From: Macrostomum lignano
Lineage: Eukaryota
Reading direction: 5' to 3'
DNA length: 64,000 nt
NCBI GenBank assembly: GCA_002269645.1
Contig: NIVC01000412.1
Location: forward strand, 744,001 to 808,000
Shown here: piece after piece, positions 21,001 through 33,269 of the stretch
Layout: the number at the start of each line of letters is the position of its first letter
How positions within the stretch are numbered: position 1 is the first letter of the stretch
Notes under the pieces: model-generated
What the model saw: only the letters and a program-made list of their open reading frames with translations
Database searches by the model: none
Told to the model about the DNA's origin: nothing
Position numbers and translations under genes: made by a program

Positions 21001-23926
21001 GAGTGTAAGATGGAGGGAAGGAGTGTGAGATGGAGGGAAGGAGTGTGGGATGAAGGGAAGAGAGTGTGAGAAGAAGTAAAGGACTGGGAGATAAAGGGAA
21101 GAGTGTGAGATGGAGGGAATGAGTGTGAGATGAAGGGGAGGAGTTGTGAGTGTGAGCTAAGACAGTATGTAAGCAAAATTGGAAAATGAAAGCTGGTACC
21201 GCACAGAAGTATCTGCATAAAAACAAACCTAATAGCTAAAAGAAACTTGGTCGCAAGGAAGCCAGCCAGCTCTAACCTGAATCCCATTCAACTCGCAGGT
21301 GCACCTTCCCGGTCGGGACAAGGCCAAGTTTTACAGCGTTTTGCACGGCCGATTGCTCAACGAGTCGGGCGTGTACACCAAAGGCCTCCTGCCGTTCATC
21401 GAGGGCGCCGGTTGCCGCCGACGAGCCGCCAGAGTCGCCGCCGAGGTCGTCAGGCAGCTGCGCCGGCTGCGCTGCTGGTTCGCCAGACAGACCAGCTACC
21501 GCTTCTACGCCAGCTCGATCCTGGTCGGCTACGAGGGCGTCAGCGGGGAGGCCGGGGCGGCGACATCTGCGGATGTCGGCCGGGTGGTGGTCCGCATGGT
21601 GGACTTCGCCCACGCCAAGCACCGCTGCGGCGGCGAGGTTGGCGGTCTGGACACCAACTTTCTGTTTGGGCTGGACAGCCTCATATCCTACTGGGACCGC
21701 CTCACGGAGGAGTTCGGCTGCTGATCCGGCCTCTCATCTCCTGCCTCTCATCTCCCCCTGCCTCTCATCTCCCCCTGCCTCTCATCTCCCCCTGCCTCTC
21801 ATCTCCCGCTGCCTCTCATCTCCCCCTGCCTCTCATCTCCCCCTGCCTCTCATCTCTCCTGTCCTCTCATCTCCCCCTGCCTCTCATCTCCCCCTGCCTC
21901 TCATCTCCCCCTACCTCTCATCTCCTGCCTCTCATCTCCCCCTGCCTCTCATCTCCCCCTGCCTCTCATCTCTCCCTGCCTCTCATCTCCCCCTGCCTCT
22001 CATCTCCTGCCTCTCATCTCCCCTGCCTCTCATCTCCTGCCTCTCATCTCCCCTGCCTCTCATCTCCCCCTGCCTCTCATCTCTCCCTGCCTCTCATCTC
22101 CCCCTGCCTCTCATCTCCCCCTGCCTTTCATCTCCTGCCTCTCATCTCCTGCCTCTCATCTCCTGCCTCTCATCTCTCCCTGCCTCTCATCTCCCCTGCC
22201 TCTCATCTCCCCCTGCCTCTCATCTCCCCTGCCTCTCATCTCCCCTGCCTCTCATCTCCCCCTGCCTCTCATCTCCCCTGTCCACTGCCTCTCTCATCTC
22301 TCTTGTCTCCCTGCCTCTCATCTCCCCTCTCTACCCCCCTCTACCCCCAGCTGTACCCTCAACCCCGTGTAGTCGCTCTCTCTAAAATCTCCCGCCTGCA
22401 TGGCTAAACAGACCCAGTTTTGGTGCGCTGTTCCTCATTACTTCAACGGCGCTTTCAGTTTTGATGAGGTTCGTAAAAATTGTTCTCTAGAAGGCTTCCA
22501 GCTTACTTTATTTTTCTAACCTATTTATTAATTCAATCCGCGTACTTGCTTCCTACCTGAGTAGATGTTATTTGTCCGTAAAAGAACACAAGTTTCACTT
22601 TTCTAATTCCTAATTTTTGCAACAACTATTTTTCAACGCATAAGTTTATTTCTAACTTGTTTAAGTTTCTTAATACACAGCTTCCTATCTGCCTGTTTAT
22701 GTTGACTTTTAATTGTTTATATTGTTTACAAAATATTTAATGAAAGAACAGCCGATCTGTTAAGCTATATGCCAGGGCTGTGTTGATTGATTATACGAGA
22801 AGGACTCATATTCTCTTGTAATAATCTCACCTATGCGTAATTCTGAGGAGCTTGTGTCTTTTAACGCAATTTTCCGGGTTTATTCCTATCGTGTATCTTT
22901 TTTTAAACTTGGATTTCATGGTTGACTAGGCACACTTATCAGCATGCCGCTGTGCATGTGCCAGGATACTGTGAATTGGTTCGCAAGCTTTATCATTGTA
23001 ATATAAAGTATAAGATATTTATAACAATGATACACTATATCTTTGCGCTGCGTCTGTCTCGATAAGACATTTTATTTCTATTTTTATTCTTGCTGCTTAT
23101 GCTTTTATTTGAATAATTAAATGATTATTGTACTTCTAGTTCAGAGTGCTACTTTATTGCGAGTAATCGTTTTATAAGAAAACTGTGTCTTATTATTATT
23201 TACTACAAGTATATGTAGCTGCTAAAAATTCCGAATTAAAATCCCGTAGGGGAATCTCGAAATACCGGGGAAATACCGTAGGGGAATCCCGAAGGGGAAT
23301 CCCGAAAGGGAATCCCAAAGGTGAATCCTGAAGGGGAATCCCGAAAGGGAATCCTGAAGGGGAATCCCGAAAGGAAATCCCGAAGGGGAATCCCGAAGGG
23401 GAATCCTGAAAAGGAATCCCAAAAGGCAATCTCGAAGGGGAATCCGGAAAGGGAATCCCGAAAGGTAATCCCAATGGGGAATCCCGAAGGGGTATCTCGA
23501 GAGGGAATCCCGTAGGGGTATCTCGAGAGGGAATCCCGTAAGGAAATCCCTAATTAAAAAGTCTAAGAGAGATCCGGAAAATAGTCCTCCTTGAAATTTT
23601 TAAGGTGATTCTTTAAATTAATATAGAAAAAAATGGAATAAAAATGAGATCCATGACATGAAGTCCATGAGATTTATTTTGCAAAAACTAATTAATCTAA
23701 TAACGAAGATTTAAAAAGATCATAGCAATGTCAGTTAGGAATCTTGAGATTTGGGCCACAGCTCCCATTGTGCTATCTGTAGAAACATGCGGGGACAGTA
23801 TGTAAAAAGCAAATAAAAAATGACAGGCAAGACAGAAAGGGAAGAACGGAAAAACCAATTGATCAGTGCTCAGTTTGGGAAAAGTGTACTGAGTTCCTTC
23901 TCTTGAGAACTGTGCTTACTGTTTGC

Positions 23927-23965
<39 letters not shown>

Positions 23966-26900
23966 AACTGTGCGCCACTCTTCGCTTGTGTCTCTGTGTG
24001 CCCTGAGCCAACATTCGCTTCAGCCTTCATGTCATGTCATGCTAAACTGACAAATCAGTTTAAAAGTTTTTTCTGTCTTTAACTTTTAACTTTTCGGCTT
24101 ACGAGTGAACTGCCGTCATAGGCAGCTTACTTGTCAATTACCCTGTCTCGAGATTGGAAACTTTTACCAAAACGTACTTTGATTTCTTAATTTTTATCAT
24201 CAAGTTTTCTAGTTTGGCTGAAAATCTCCGATTCTTGAGCCTCTCCGCCAGCCACCCCACTCCGATTCTTGAGCCTCTCCGCCAGCCACCCCACTCCGAT
24301 TCTTGAGCCTCTCCGCCAGCCACCCCACTCCGATTCTTGAGCCTCTCCGCCAGCCACCCCACTCCGATTCTTGAGCCTCTCCGCCAGCCACCCCACTCCG
24401 ATTCTTGAGCCTCTCCACCAGCCACCCCACTCCGATTCTTGAGCCTCTCCACCAGCCACCACTCACCGCACTCTAGTTTATTCCCGAGTCAGTACAAACC
24501 AAGCTAATTTAATTCTAAACCTTATCAGATCAACATGGTATTCGAGACAAACGACTACAACAAAGCCAAGATCGAGGAGCAGGTGCTGCAGCTGTGGGAT
24601 CGGCTGTACGAAAAATTGGCCGCCAAAAATTTCACCTGGTCGCCAGTGTGGCGGCGAGTCGGCGAGGCCAACGATTCAACAGATGGCAATCCTCCTGGCA
24701 GCCAGCGGCCCGGCTTGTCACGGCAGAGCTCCGTCCTGTTGTTCAGCGGCACTGCCGTATGGGAGCTCTGGGGCTCGCTGCTGGACTCGAATAAGATGAT
24801 GAGCTTCATCAAGGAGAATCTGGGAATACTAACTTCGGTTTGTAGTGCGGGCTTTGCAGAATGAGGAGATGAGATGCGGGATATAGATTCGTATAGGAGG
24901 TAGGTAGAGAGTGAGATATTTAAGTAGGTGGAGAGGATTATGTTTAGGTAGGTAGAGAGGGAAATAAGGAGGTAGGTAGAGAGGGAGATACTTAGGTAGG
25001 TAGAGAGGGATAAAGAGGTAGGTAGAGAGGGAGATACTTAGGTAGGTAGAGAGGGAGATACTTGGGTAGGTAGAGAGGGAGATATTTATGTAGGTGGAGA
25101 GGATTATGTTTAGGTAGGTAAAAAGGGAGATAAAGAGGTAGGTAGAGAGGGAGATACTTAGGTAGGTAGAGAGGGAGATAAAGAGGTAGGTAGAGAGGGA
25201 GATACTTGGGTAGGTAGAGAGGGAGATATTTAAGTAGGTGGAGAGGATTATGTTTAGGTAGGTAGAGAGGGAAGAGGAATACTTGGGTAGGTAGAGAGGG
25301 AGATATTTATGTAGGTGGAGAGGATTATGTTTAGGTAGGTAAAAAGGGAGATAAAGAGGTAGGTAGAGAGGGAGATACTTAGGTAGGTAGAGAGGGAGAT
25401 ACTTGGGTAGGTAGAGAGGGAGATACTTGGGTAGGTAGAGAGGGAGATATTTAGGTAGGTATGGAGATTGAAATAAGGAGGTAGGCAGAGAGGGAGATAC
25501 TTGGGTAGGTATAAAAGAAAATAAAGGTGCAGACCTACCGATAAACACCCAGTTAGAAAAGCAGTTGCAAAGTGGCCCGCATTTATTAAAAGCAATGTTT
25601 ATGCAACATGAGAACGTCCTGTTTTCTCCGTGAACCCGCAGGTACTCGAATCATTATGGATTGTGATTAAAGGCAACCTCAGCCTGCTGCTCACCCTGCT
25701 CACCACAGCTCTGTCGATACTGTTTGGCGGGGGCACCGCCGTGCTCAACTTTCTGCTGCAGTCGGTGAGTCATTGACAGTGGGATAGGGTTTGCGAGACA
25801 GGAGAAGAGTGAAACAGAGGAGAGTGAGAGGTAAACAGAGGAGAATGAGAGGTAGACAGAGGAGAGTGAGTGGTAGACAGAGAAGAGTGAGAGGTAGACA
25901 GAGGAGAGTGAGAGGTAGACAGAGGAGAGTGAGAGGTAGATAGAGGAGAGTGAGGGGTAGACAGAGGAGAGTGGGGGGTAGACAGAGAAGAGTGAGAGGT
26001 AGACAGAGGAGAGTGAGAGGTAGACAGAGGAGAGTGAGAGGTAGACAGAGGAGAGTGAGGGGTAGACAGAGAAGAGTGAGAGGTAGACAGAGAAGAGTGA
26101 GAGGTAGACAGAAAAGAGAGATAGAAGAGAGTAAGAAGTAGACAGAGGGAGGGGGTAGACAGAGGAGAGTGAGAGGTAGACAGAGGAGAGTGAGGGGTAG
26201 ACAGAGGAGAGTGAGGGGTAGACAGAGGAGAGTGAGAGGTAGACAGAGGAGAGTGAGGGGTAGACAGAGGAGAGTGAGAGGTAGACAGAAAAGAGAGATA
26301 GAAGAGAGTAAGAAGTAGACAGAGGGAGGGGGTAGACAGAGGAGAGTGAGGGGTAGACAGAGGAGAGTGAGAGGTAGACAGAAAAGAGAGATAGAAGAGA
26401 GTAAGAAGTAGACAGAGGGAGGGGGTAGACAGAGGAGAGTGAGAGGTAGACAGAGGAGAGTGAGTGGTAGACAGAGGTGAGTGAGAGGTAGACAGAGGAG
26501 AGTGAGAGGTAGACAGAAAAGAGAGATAGAAGAGAGTAAGAAGTAGACAGAGGGAGGGGGTAGACAGAGGAGAGTGAGAGGTAGACAGAGGAGAGTGAGA
26601 TGTAGACAGGAGAGGGATAAGTAGACAGAAAAGAGTTAAAGAGTGAGAAGTACACAGAGAAAGGGTAGTAGACGGAGGAGATTGACAGGCAGACAGAGAA
26701 GAGTGAGGGCGTATGGAGAAATGGGAGAGTGACAGGGGTGGACAAGAGAGTCAGACAGAAGAGACGAATTCGAAGAGCAGACAGATAAAGCATGGATTCG
26801 CCACTCCCGAAGTTATCCGCTCCCCCCCTCAGCTGGTGTTTCTGACATCCCTGTACCTGCTGCTGTGCTTCAGCAACGACATGTATCTGCCCGTGCAGTT

Positions 26901-29900
26901 CATCTCGTCCATGAGTTCGAATCGGCCGAATTCCGTTTTCAATGCGCTCTACTCAGCGTTGGAAGATGCGACCAGGTTTGCCTCCTTTTTCCTCTTTCTC
27001 CCCCTCTTCTTACCCTTCTTCCTCTCTTTCTCCCCCTCTTTTTACCCCTCTTTCTCCCCCTCTTCTTACCCCTCTTCCCCTCTTTCTCCGCCTCTTTTTA
27101 CCCCTCTTCCCCTTTTTCTCTCCCTCTTTCTCTCCCTCTTTCTCTCCCTCTTTCTCCCCCTCTTTCTCCCCCTCTTTCTCCCCTCTTTCTCCCCCTCTTT
27201 CTCTCCCTCTTTCTCTCCCTCTTTCTCTCCCTCTTTCTCTCCCTCTTTCTCTCCCTCTTTCTCCCCCTCTTTCTCCCCTCTTTCTCCCCCTCCTTCTCCC
27301 CCTCTTTCTCCCTCTCTTTCTCTCCCTCGTTCTCCCCCTCTTTCTCCTCTCTTTTTCCATTTCTTTTGTGTCTCTATTTTTATGCAAATAATTTATTGCC
27401 AAAAAATGGTGAATTGCCAGTTCCATTTGACAGCTTCGTTCAAGCAATATCAGCCTTATATCTTAAACTAGAAAATAGCTTTCTTTAAAACAAATTGGCC
27501 TATATATTAATGCTAGGCCAATCTATCTCTAAATGATTGCGCCGATAACATTTATGCACCATTTTGCGTCTTCACCAATAGAGTTAGTGTATAGTTAGGG
27601 CGAGCCTATTGCGCAAATAATCGCATTTGTTATCATCAATGCCTTTTTTACTAGTTAGATTTTTCTGATAGACTTTGTTTCCAAATATATCTGCTTGTGT
27701 CTGCCTGCCTGTCCGATCCACACACCCCATGAGGGCCAAACCCCAAGGCACAGAGTTAGAATTTCTGTTATAGAAGGCAGAGTGCTGGTAGAATTGCGTC
27801 AACAGCGCCCATCCTCAGATCCTGAGAAAATTCTCCCAAAGCTTTTCCTATTCAATATTCTCATTTCTCTCTCTCTCTCTCCTGTGTTCCTCTCTTTTTC
27901 TCACGTATCAATGTTTTATTTCTACTTTTCAGGGTATGAAAGTACTGTGTGTACTTTATAGTTTGTTCTCTGCTTGATTGGGTTATGACTAATAGTAACC
28001 ATTATTATTCAGGGTTCTCAGGTAGGTTTAAACTGGTGCTTAGGTAACCATCTTTATCCAGGGTTCTCAGGTAGGTTTAAACTGGTGCTTAGGTAACCAT
28101 CTTTATCCAGGGTTCTCAGGTAGGTTTAAACTGGTGCTTAGGTAACCATTTTTATCCAGGGTTCTCAGGTAGGTTTAAACTGGTGCTTAGGTAACCATCT
28201 TTATCCAGGGTACTCAGGTAGGTTTAAACTGGTGCTTAGGTAACCATCTTTATCCAGGGTTCTCAGGTAGGTTTAAACTGGTGCTTAGGTAACCATCTTT
28301 ATCCAGGGTTCTCAGGTAGGTTTAAACTGGTGCTTAGGTAACCATCTTTATCCAGGGTTCTCAGGTAGGTTTAAACTGGTGCTTAGGTATCCATCTTTAT
28401 CCAGGGTTCTCAGGTAGGTTTAAACTGGTGCTTAGGTATCCATCTTTATCCAGGGTTCTCAGGTAGGTTCAAACTGATGCTTAGGTATCCATTGTTATCC
28501 AGGGTTCTCAGGTAGGTTCAAACTGATGCTTAGGTATCCATTGTTATCCAGGGTTCTCAGGTAGGTTCAAACCGGTGCTTAGGTAACCATTGTTATTCAG
28601 GGTTCTCAGGTAGGTTCAAACTGGTGCTTAGGTAACCATTGTTATCCAGGGTTCTCAGGTAGGTTCAAACCGGTGCTTAGGTATCCATTGTTATCCAGGG
28701 TTCTCAGGTAGGTTCAAACTGGTGCTTAGGTAACCATTGTTATCCAGGGTTCTCAGGTAGGTTCAAACTGGTGCTTAGGTAACCATTGTTATCCAGGGTT
28801 CTCAGGTAGGTTCAAACTGATGCTTAGGTATCCATTGTTATCCAGGGTTCTCAGGTAGGTTCAAACTGATGCTTAGGTAACCATTGTTATCCAGGGTTCT
28901 CAGGTAAGTTTAAACTGGTGCTGTTAGAAATCAACTTTGCTCTCACACCGCAGTGGAGTCTTCCTGGCCAGCATGAAGATGAGCTGCTTCTACGGCCTGT
29001 ACACCAGCCTGACCCACACCGTCTTCGCTGTCAATCTGGTGTTCGCGCCAAGCGTTCTTGCCGCTATTTTTGGCGCCATCCCGTTTCTTGGCGCCTACTG
29101 GGCCAGCGCGCCTGGCGCCCTGGAGCTTTGGCTGATCCACGGGCAGCCGCTGCTGGCCGCAGCCTTTGTGCTGCTCCACCTGCTGCCTTCGTATCTGGTG
29201 GACCCCACCATCTACGGCGAGATTAAAGGGTGAGTTGTAAGAGGAGATAAGCGGCCGTGCACATTCCTCTTACTTAGGGGTGTACAGCGGCCTGGAATCG
29301 AACTAAGGACTTTAGCCCGACGCTTATATGCTCTGCCTCCATTGTAAGGCTTTAGGTGAGGCTTTAAATCCCCCTCCAGCCTTCAGGTCAACCGCCTCCC
29401 AACCTTCAGGTGAACCGCCTCCCAACCTTCAGGTGAACCGCCTCCCAACCTTCAGGTAAATTGCCTCTGAACCTTCAGGTGAACCGCCTCCCAACCTTCA
29501 GGTAAATTGCCTCTGAACCTTCAGGTGAACCTCCTCCCAACCTTCAGGTGGACCTCCTCCCAACCTTCAGGTAAACCGCCTCCCAACCTTCAGGTGAACC
29601 GCCTCCCAACCTTCAGGTGAACCGCCTCCCAACCTTCAGGTGAACCGCCTCCCAACCTTCAGGTAAATTGCCTCTGAACCTTCAGGTGAACCGCCTCCCA
29701 ACCTTCAGGTAAATTGCCTCTGAACCTTCAGGTGAACCTCCTCCCAACCTTCAGGTGGACCTCCTCCCAACCTTCAGGTGGACCTCCTCCCAACCTTCAG
29801 GTGAACCGCCTCCCAACCTTCAGGTGAACCGCCTCCCAACCTTCAGGTGAACCGCCTCCCAACCTTCAGGTGAACCTCCTCCCAACCTTCAGGTGGACCT

Positions 29901-32005
29901 CCTCCCAACCTTCAGGTAAACCGCCTCCCAACCTTCAGGTGAACCGCCTCCCAACCTTCAGGTGAACCTCCTCCCAACCTTCAGGCAAACCGCCTCCCAA
30001 CCTTCAGGCAAACCGCCTCCCAACATTCAGGTAAACCGCCTTCCAATCTTCAGGTAAACCGCCTCTGAACCTTCAGGTGAACCGCCTTCCAATCTTCAGG
30101 TAAACCGCCTTCCAATCTTCAGGTAAACCGCCTTCCAATCTTCAGGTAAACCGCCTTCCAATCTTCAGGTAAACCGCCTTCCAATCTTCAGGTAAACCGC
30201 CTCCCAATCTTCAGGTAAACCGCCTCCCAACCTTCAGGCAAACCGCCTCCCAACCTTCAGGCAAACCGCCTCCCAACATTCAGGTAAACCGCCTTCCAAT
30301 CTTCAGGTAAACCGCCTTCCAATCTTCAGGTAAACCGCCTTCCAATCTTCAGGTAAACCGCCTTCCAATCTTCAGGTAAACCGCCTTCCAATCTTCAGGT
30401 AAACCGCCTTCCAATCTTCAGGTAAACCGCCTCCCAACCTTCAGGTAAACCGCCTTCCAATCTTCAGGTAAACCGCCTTCCAATCTTCAGGTAAACCGCC
30501 TTCCGATCTTCAGATAAACCGCCTTCCAATCTTCAGGTAAACCGCCTCCCCAACCTTCAGGTAAACCGCCTACCAACCTTCAGGTAAACCGCCTCCCAAC
30601 CTTCAGGTAAACCGCCTCCCAACCTTCAGGTAAACCGCCTCCCAATCTTCAGGCAAACCGCCTCCCAACCTTCCGGTAAACTGCCTCCCAATCTTCAGAT
30701 AAACCGCCTCTGAACCTTCAGGTGAACCGCCTTCCAATCTTCAGGTAAACCGCCTTCCAATCTTCAGGTAAACCGCCTTCCGATCTTCAGATAAACCGCC
30801 TTCCAATCTTTAGGTAAACCGCCTCCCAACCTTCAGGTAAACCGCCTACCAACCTTCAGGTAAACCGCCTCCCAACCTTCAGGTAAACCGCCTACCAACC
30901 TTCAGGTAAACCGCCTCCCAACCTTCAGGTAAACCGCCTACCAACCTTCAGGTAAACCACCTCTGAACCTTCAGGTGAACCGCCTTCCAACCTTCAGGCT
31001 CAAATTTTATTATTTAAACAATTCCTACAAACACTATCAACAATTGAAAGCATTGAAGCAGAGAATTCAGAATACGTGCTGCATTTTCAAAAATAAAATA
31101 ATTTCCTCGTTCTCGTTCAAGCAGTGCATCTGCAGGAAATATTTTAGGCTTTTCTCAATTTTATATTGCTCTGCAGTTTATATTTTGTAAAATTTTAAGC
31201 CTTATGTTGAATGTAGCTATAGAAAGATTATTTTTTTACCGCTTAGCTGCCGATATGTATGGAAAATAACTATTCTGCTTTGTAGAACTTAATGTGAGCT
31301 TAAGTTACATTTTTATTACCAGAACCCTAGTTACCGAAATGTACCGTAACTAATTTTCTTACTTAATTATAGGTTAATTTTATTGTTTTGTATTACTGAG
31401 TCCTGACGGCCGATATGTATCGAAAGTACATTCTTTTTTGAAAACCAAAATTTAGTTTTCGCTGTTTATTTTATTGACTAGACCCTAGCTGCCGATATGT
31501 ATCGAAAAAACATTTATCCTTTTGGAAATTGAGTTTAAAGTTGCAGTGGTTTAATTTTTATTTGCTGCCGATATGTATCGAAGAAAATACTTTTTTGTGG
31601 AAATTGAGTTACAAGTTGCAGTGGTTTAATTTTTATATTCGCTGCCGATATGTATCGAAAATAGCAAATAAGATTATCAATGTTGTGATTATAAATTATT
31701 TGAATTAGTATTACTGAATCGTAGCTGGCGATATGTATCGAAACTCACTTTCTTAAGTGAGTATTGTTTAATTTATTCGCCTTGGCAGTGCTGGCCATCC
31801 CTACCTGACGGGCCTGTCGGTGGCCGGAGGTCTGTACTGGTGCGGCCTGGACGGGGCGATTTTCGGTCCGATTCTGCTGGCCTGCCTGCTGGCGGCTGTC
31901 AACACCTACCGGATAGTGCTGTCGCCGCCGCAGGCGACCGGCTCTGCTGAAACTCGTGAGTCGGGATTGCATGAACGGGAAAACCCGTTAGTAATAACAA
32001 ACTAA
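12096..32005 (+). CDS. TMEM245: Transmembrane protein 245 homologue (multi-exon)
   Basis: Phase-consistent GT-AG exons: 12096-12605, 14237-14462, ~14945-15529 (acceptor uncertain, 14903-14945), 16894-17042, 17545-17649, 17730-17806, 18193-18283, 24529-24837, 25642-25764, 26833-26975, 28954-29229, 31789-31955 (GTGAGT donor) or read-through to the stop at 32005. Peptides KALKQAFYN, FGREWISKK, IEEQVLQLWDRLY, VLESLWIV, MKMSCFYGLYTSLTHTVF and GHPYLTGLSVAGG match TMEM245. Confidence 0.92.
14540..14837. repeat. GC-rich ~19-bp minisatellite (GGGGGCGCC-AGCTACAGA)
   Basis: Tandem units in TMEM245 intron 2. Confidence 0.9.
15591..16851. repeat. 23-bp minisatellite (CATAGAGTGATAGACTTCTGCCC)
   Basis: Tandem array in intron 3. 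Confidence 0.95.
17457..17534 (+). ncRNA. Y RNA-like gene, copy D, inside TMEM245 intron 4
   Basis: GGCGGTC-C-GGA-GTCGATG-GATTAAC...-CATCGAC-AATTGCTT-GACTGTC-TGA-T7. TAAATAAATA at 17420-17429 and TTACTATAAGTAG at 17331-17343. Confidence 0.8.
19623..21724 (+). CDS. IPMK: Inositol polyphosphate multikinase (IPK family), nested in TMEM245 intron 7; 5' end unresolved
   Basis: Exon ~19608/19623-20120 (HQVGGH, LFKP, FLPAYNG, LEDVL, PCVMDCKMG = PxxxDxKxG), GT-AG intron 20121-21298, exon 21299-21724 (FYASSILVGYE, RMVDFAH, NFLFGLDSL, TGA). No in-frame ATG between the stop at 19527 and the kinase core. Confidence 0.85.
20270..21150. repeat. GA-rich ~20-bp minisatellite (GAGTGTGAGATGAAGGGTGG)
   Basis: IPMK intron. 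Confidence 0.9.
21729..22345. repeat. CT-rich ~17-bp minisatellite (CCTCTCATCTCCCCCTG)
   Basis: Begins just after the IPMK stop codon. Confidence 0.9.
23245..23550. repeat. ~13-bp minisatellite (GGGAATCCCGAAG)
   Basis: Tandem units. Confidence 0.9.
24227..24463. repeat. 34-bp minisatellite
   Basis: CTCCGATTCTTGAGCCTCTCCGCCAGCCACCCCA, about 7 copies. Confidence 0.95.
24890..27360. repeat. Purine/pyrimidine-skewed intronic minisatellites (24890-25510, 25800-26760, 26985-27360)
   Basis: AGGTAGGTAGAGAGGG-, GTAGACAGAGGAGAGTGAGAG- and CTCTTTCTCTCC-type units between TMEM245 exons 8-11. Confidence 0.9.
28005..28921. repeat. 49-bp minisatellite
   Basis: AGGGTTCTCAGGTAGGTTTAAACTGGTGCTTAGGTAACCATCTTTATCC, about 18 copies. 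Confidence 0.95.
29270..29345 (-). mobile_element. Possible tRNA-derived SINE head remnant
   Basis: Minus strand CAATGGAGGCAGAGC...CCTTAGTTCGATTCCAGGCC: B-box-like GTTCGATTCC and a weak A box; no cloverleaf. Confidence 0.3.
29380..31007. repeat. 23-bp minisatellite (AACCTTCAGGTGAACCGCCTCCC)
   Basis: Tandem array. Confidence 0.95.
31246..31745. repeat. Degenerate ~78-bp repeat with conserved palindromic core GC(T)GCCGATATGTATCGAAA
   Basis: Cores at ~31246, 31409, 31488, 31564, 31641 and 31724. Confidence 0.75.
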
Positions 32006-32099
32006 AAGTTTCTAGCTTCGCTGCTAGGGAAATACACGTAGGCGTAGGGAGATTCGTTTTCTTCTGGCTTCCAGTGAAATCACCGGTTCTGGATTCCCC

Positions 32100-32755
32100 A
32101 TCTAGCTTATAGGGAAGTCCCAGTTTTTTTAGGGATTCCCTATCTAGCTTATGGGGAAATCCCAGATTTGGGAAATTCCAGATTTGGGAAATCCCAGATT
32201 TGGTTTTTCATATGGAATTGGGAAATCCCAGTTTTTAGGGATTCCCCATCAAGCTTATGGGGAAATCCTAGTTTTTTTAGAGATTCCCTATCTAGCTTAT
32301 TGGGAAATCCCAGATTTGGGAAATTCCAGATTTGGGAAATCCCAGATTTGGTTTTTCATATGGAATTGGGAAATCCCAGTTTTTAGGGATTCCCCATCAA
32401 GCTTATGGGGAAATCCTAGTTTTTTTAGAGATTCCCTATCTAGCTTATTGGGAAATCCCAGATTTGGGTTTTCCATCTGGCTCATTGGGAAATCCCAGTT
32501 TTTAGGGATTCCCAATCTAACTTATTGGGAAATCCCAGATTTGGGTTTTCCATCTAGAATTAGTAGATCCCAGTTCTTAGAGATTCCCCATCCAGCTTAT
32601 GGGGAAATCCCAGGTTTGGTTTTTTTATCTGGAATTGAGAAATCCTAGTATTTAAGGATTCCTCATCTAGCTTTTGGGAAAATCCCAGTTTTTAGGGATT
32701 CCCTAACTAGCTTATAGGTAAATCTCTGTTTTTAGGGATTCCCCATCTAGCTTAT
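32100..32755. repeat. GGGAAATCCC/GGGATTCCC-based complex minisatellite
   Basis: Higher-order repeat visible. Confidence 0.9.
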
Positions 32756-33269
32756 TTCCGTAAACCATGCTAAACGGTTCCAATATTCTCGGGAAAAGCC
32801 CGGTTTTTAACTTGCTTGTCTGCAAAGGAAAAACAATGAGTTAATGATTTCATTCGGTGACTTGATAGAACCTTCGATATTGGTACTTTGAACCATTTTT
32901 TTCTGGTTTCTAGGGCGAATTCCCCGGTGTTGCGCATTTTACTCTTTACGTATTTCAAGCTTCGGATTTCCTTATATGGTGCTCTGGATTTTGAGCTCTT
33001 TCTCAGTTAAGTTTTTAAGACTGTGGCAAATTGTCTGCACGTCACTGATTTGCCTGTGTTAAATTTAGCTGCATTATCAGGTCAATGGGTGCATTTGTTT
33101 TTGTGTTCGATAACAGGGGTACGTTCGCTCTATGAGTGTAGACATTTGCGTAGCAACACTTATTACATCAATCTGGAATAGCTGTTGCTGCTGGCTTTTG
33201 CTAACCCAAACATTGCGTCTGCTAATCTGTCTTGGTCTCTGTCTGCTCTCTCTTCATCTATCTCTGTCT

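Noticed and set aside
31246-31745. CRISPR array
   Set aside because: Eukaryotic intron, no cas genes, and the spacers are AT-rich and partly homologous to each other.
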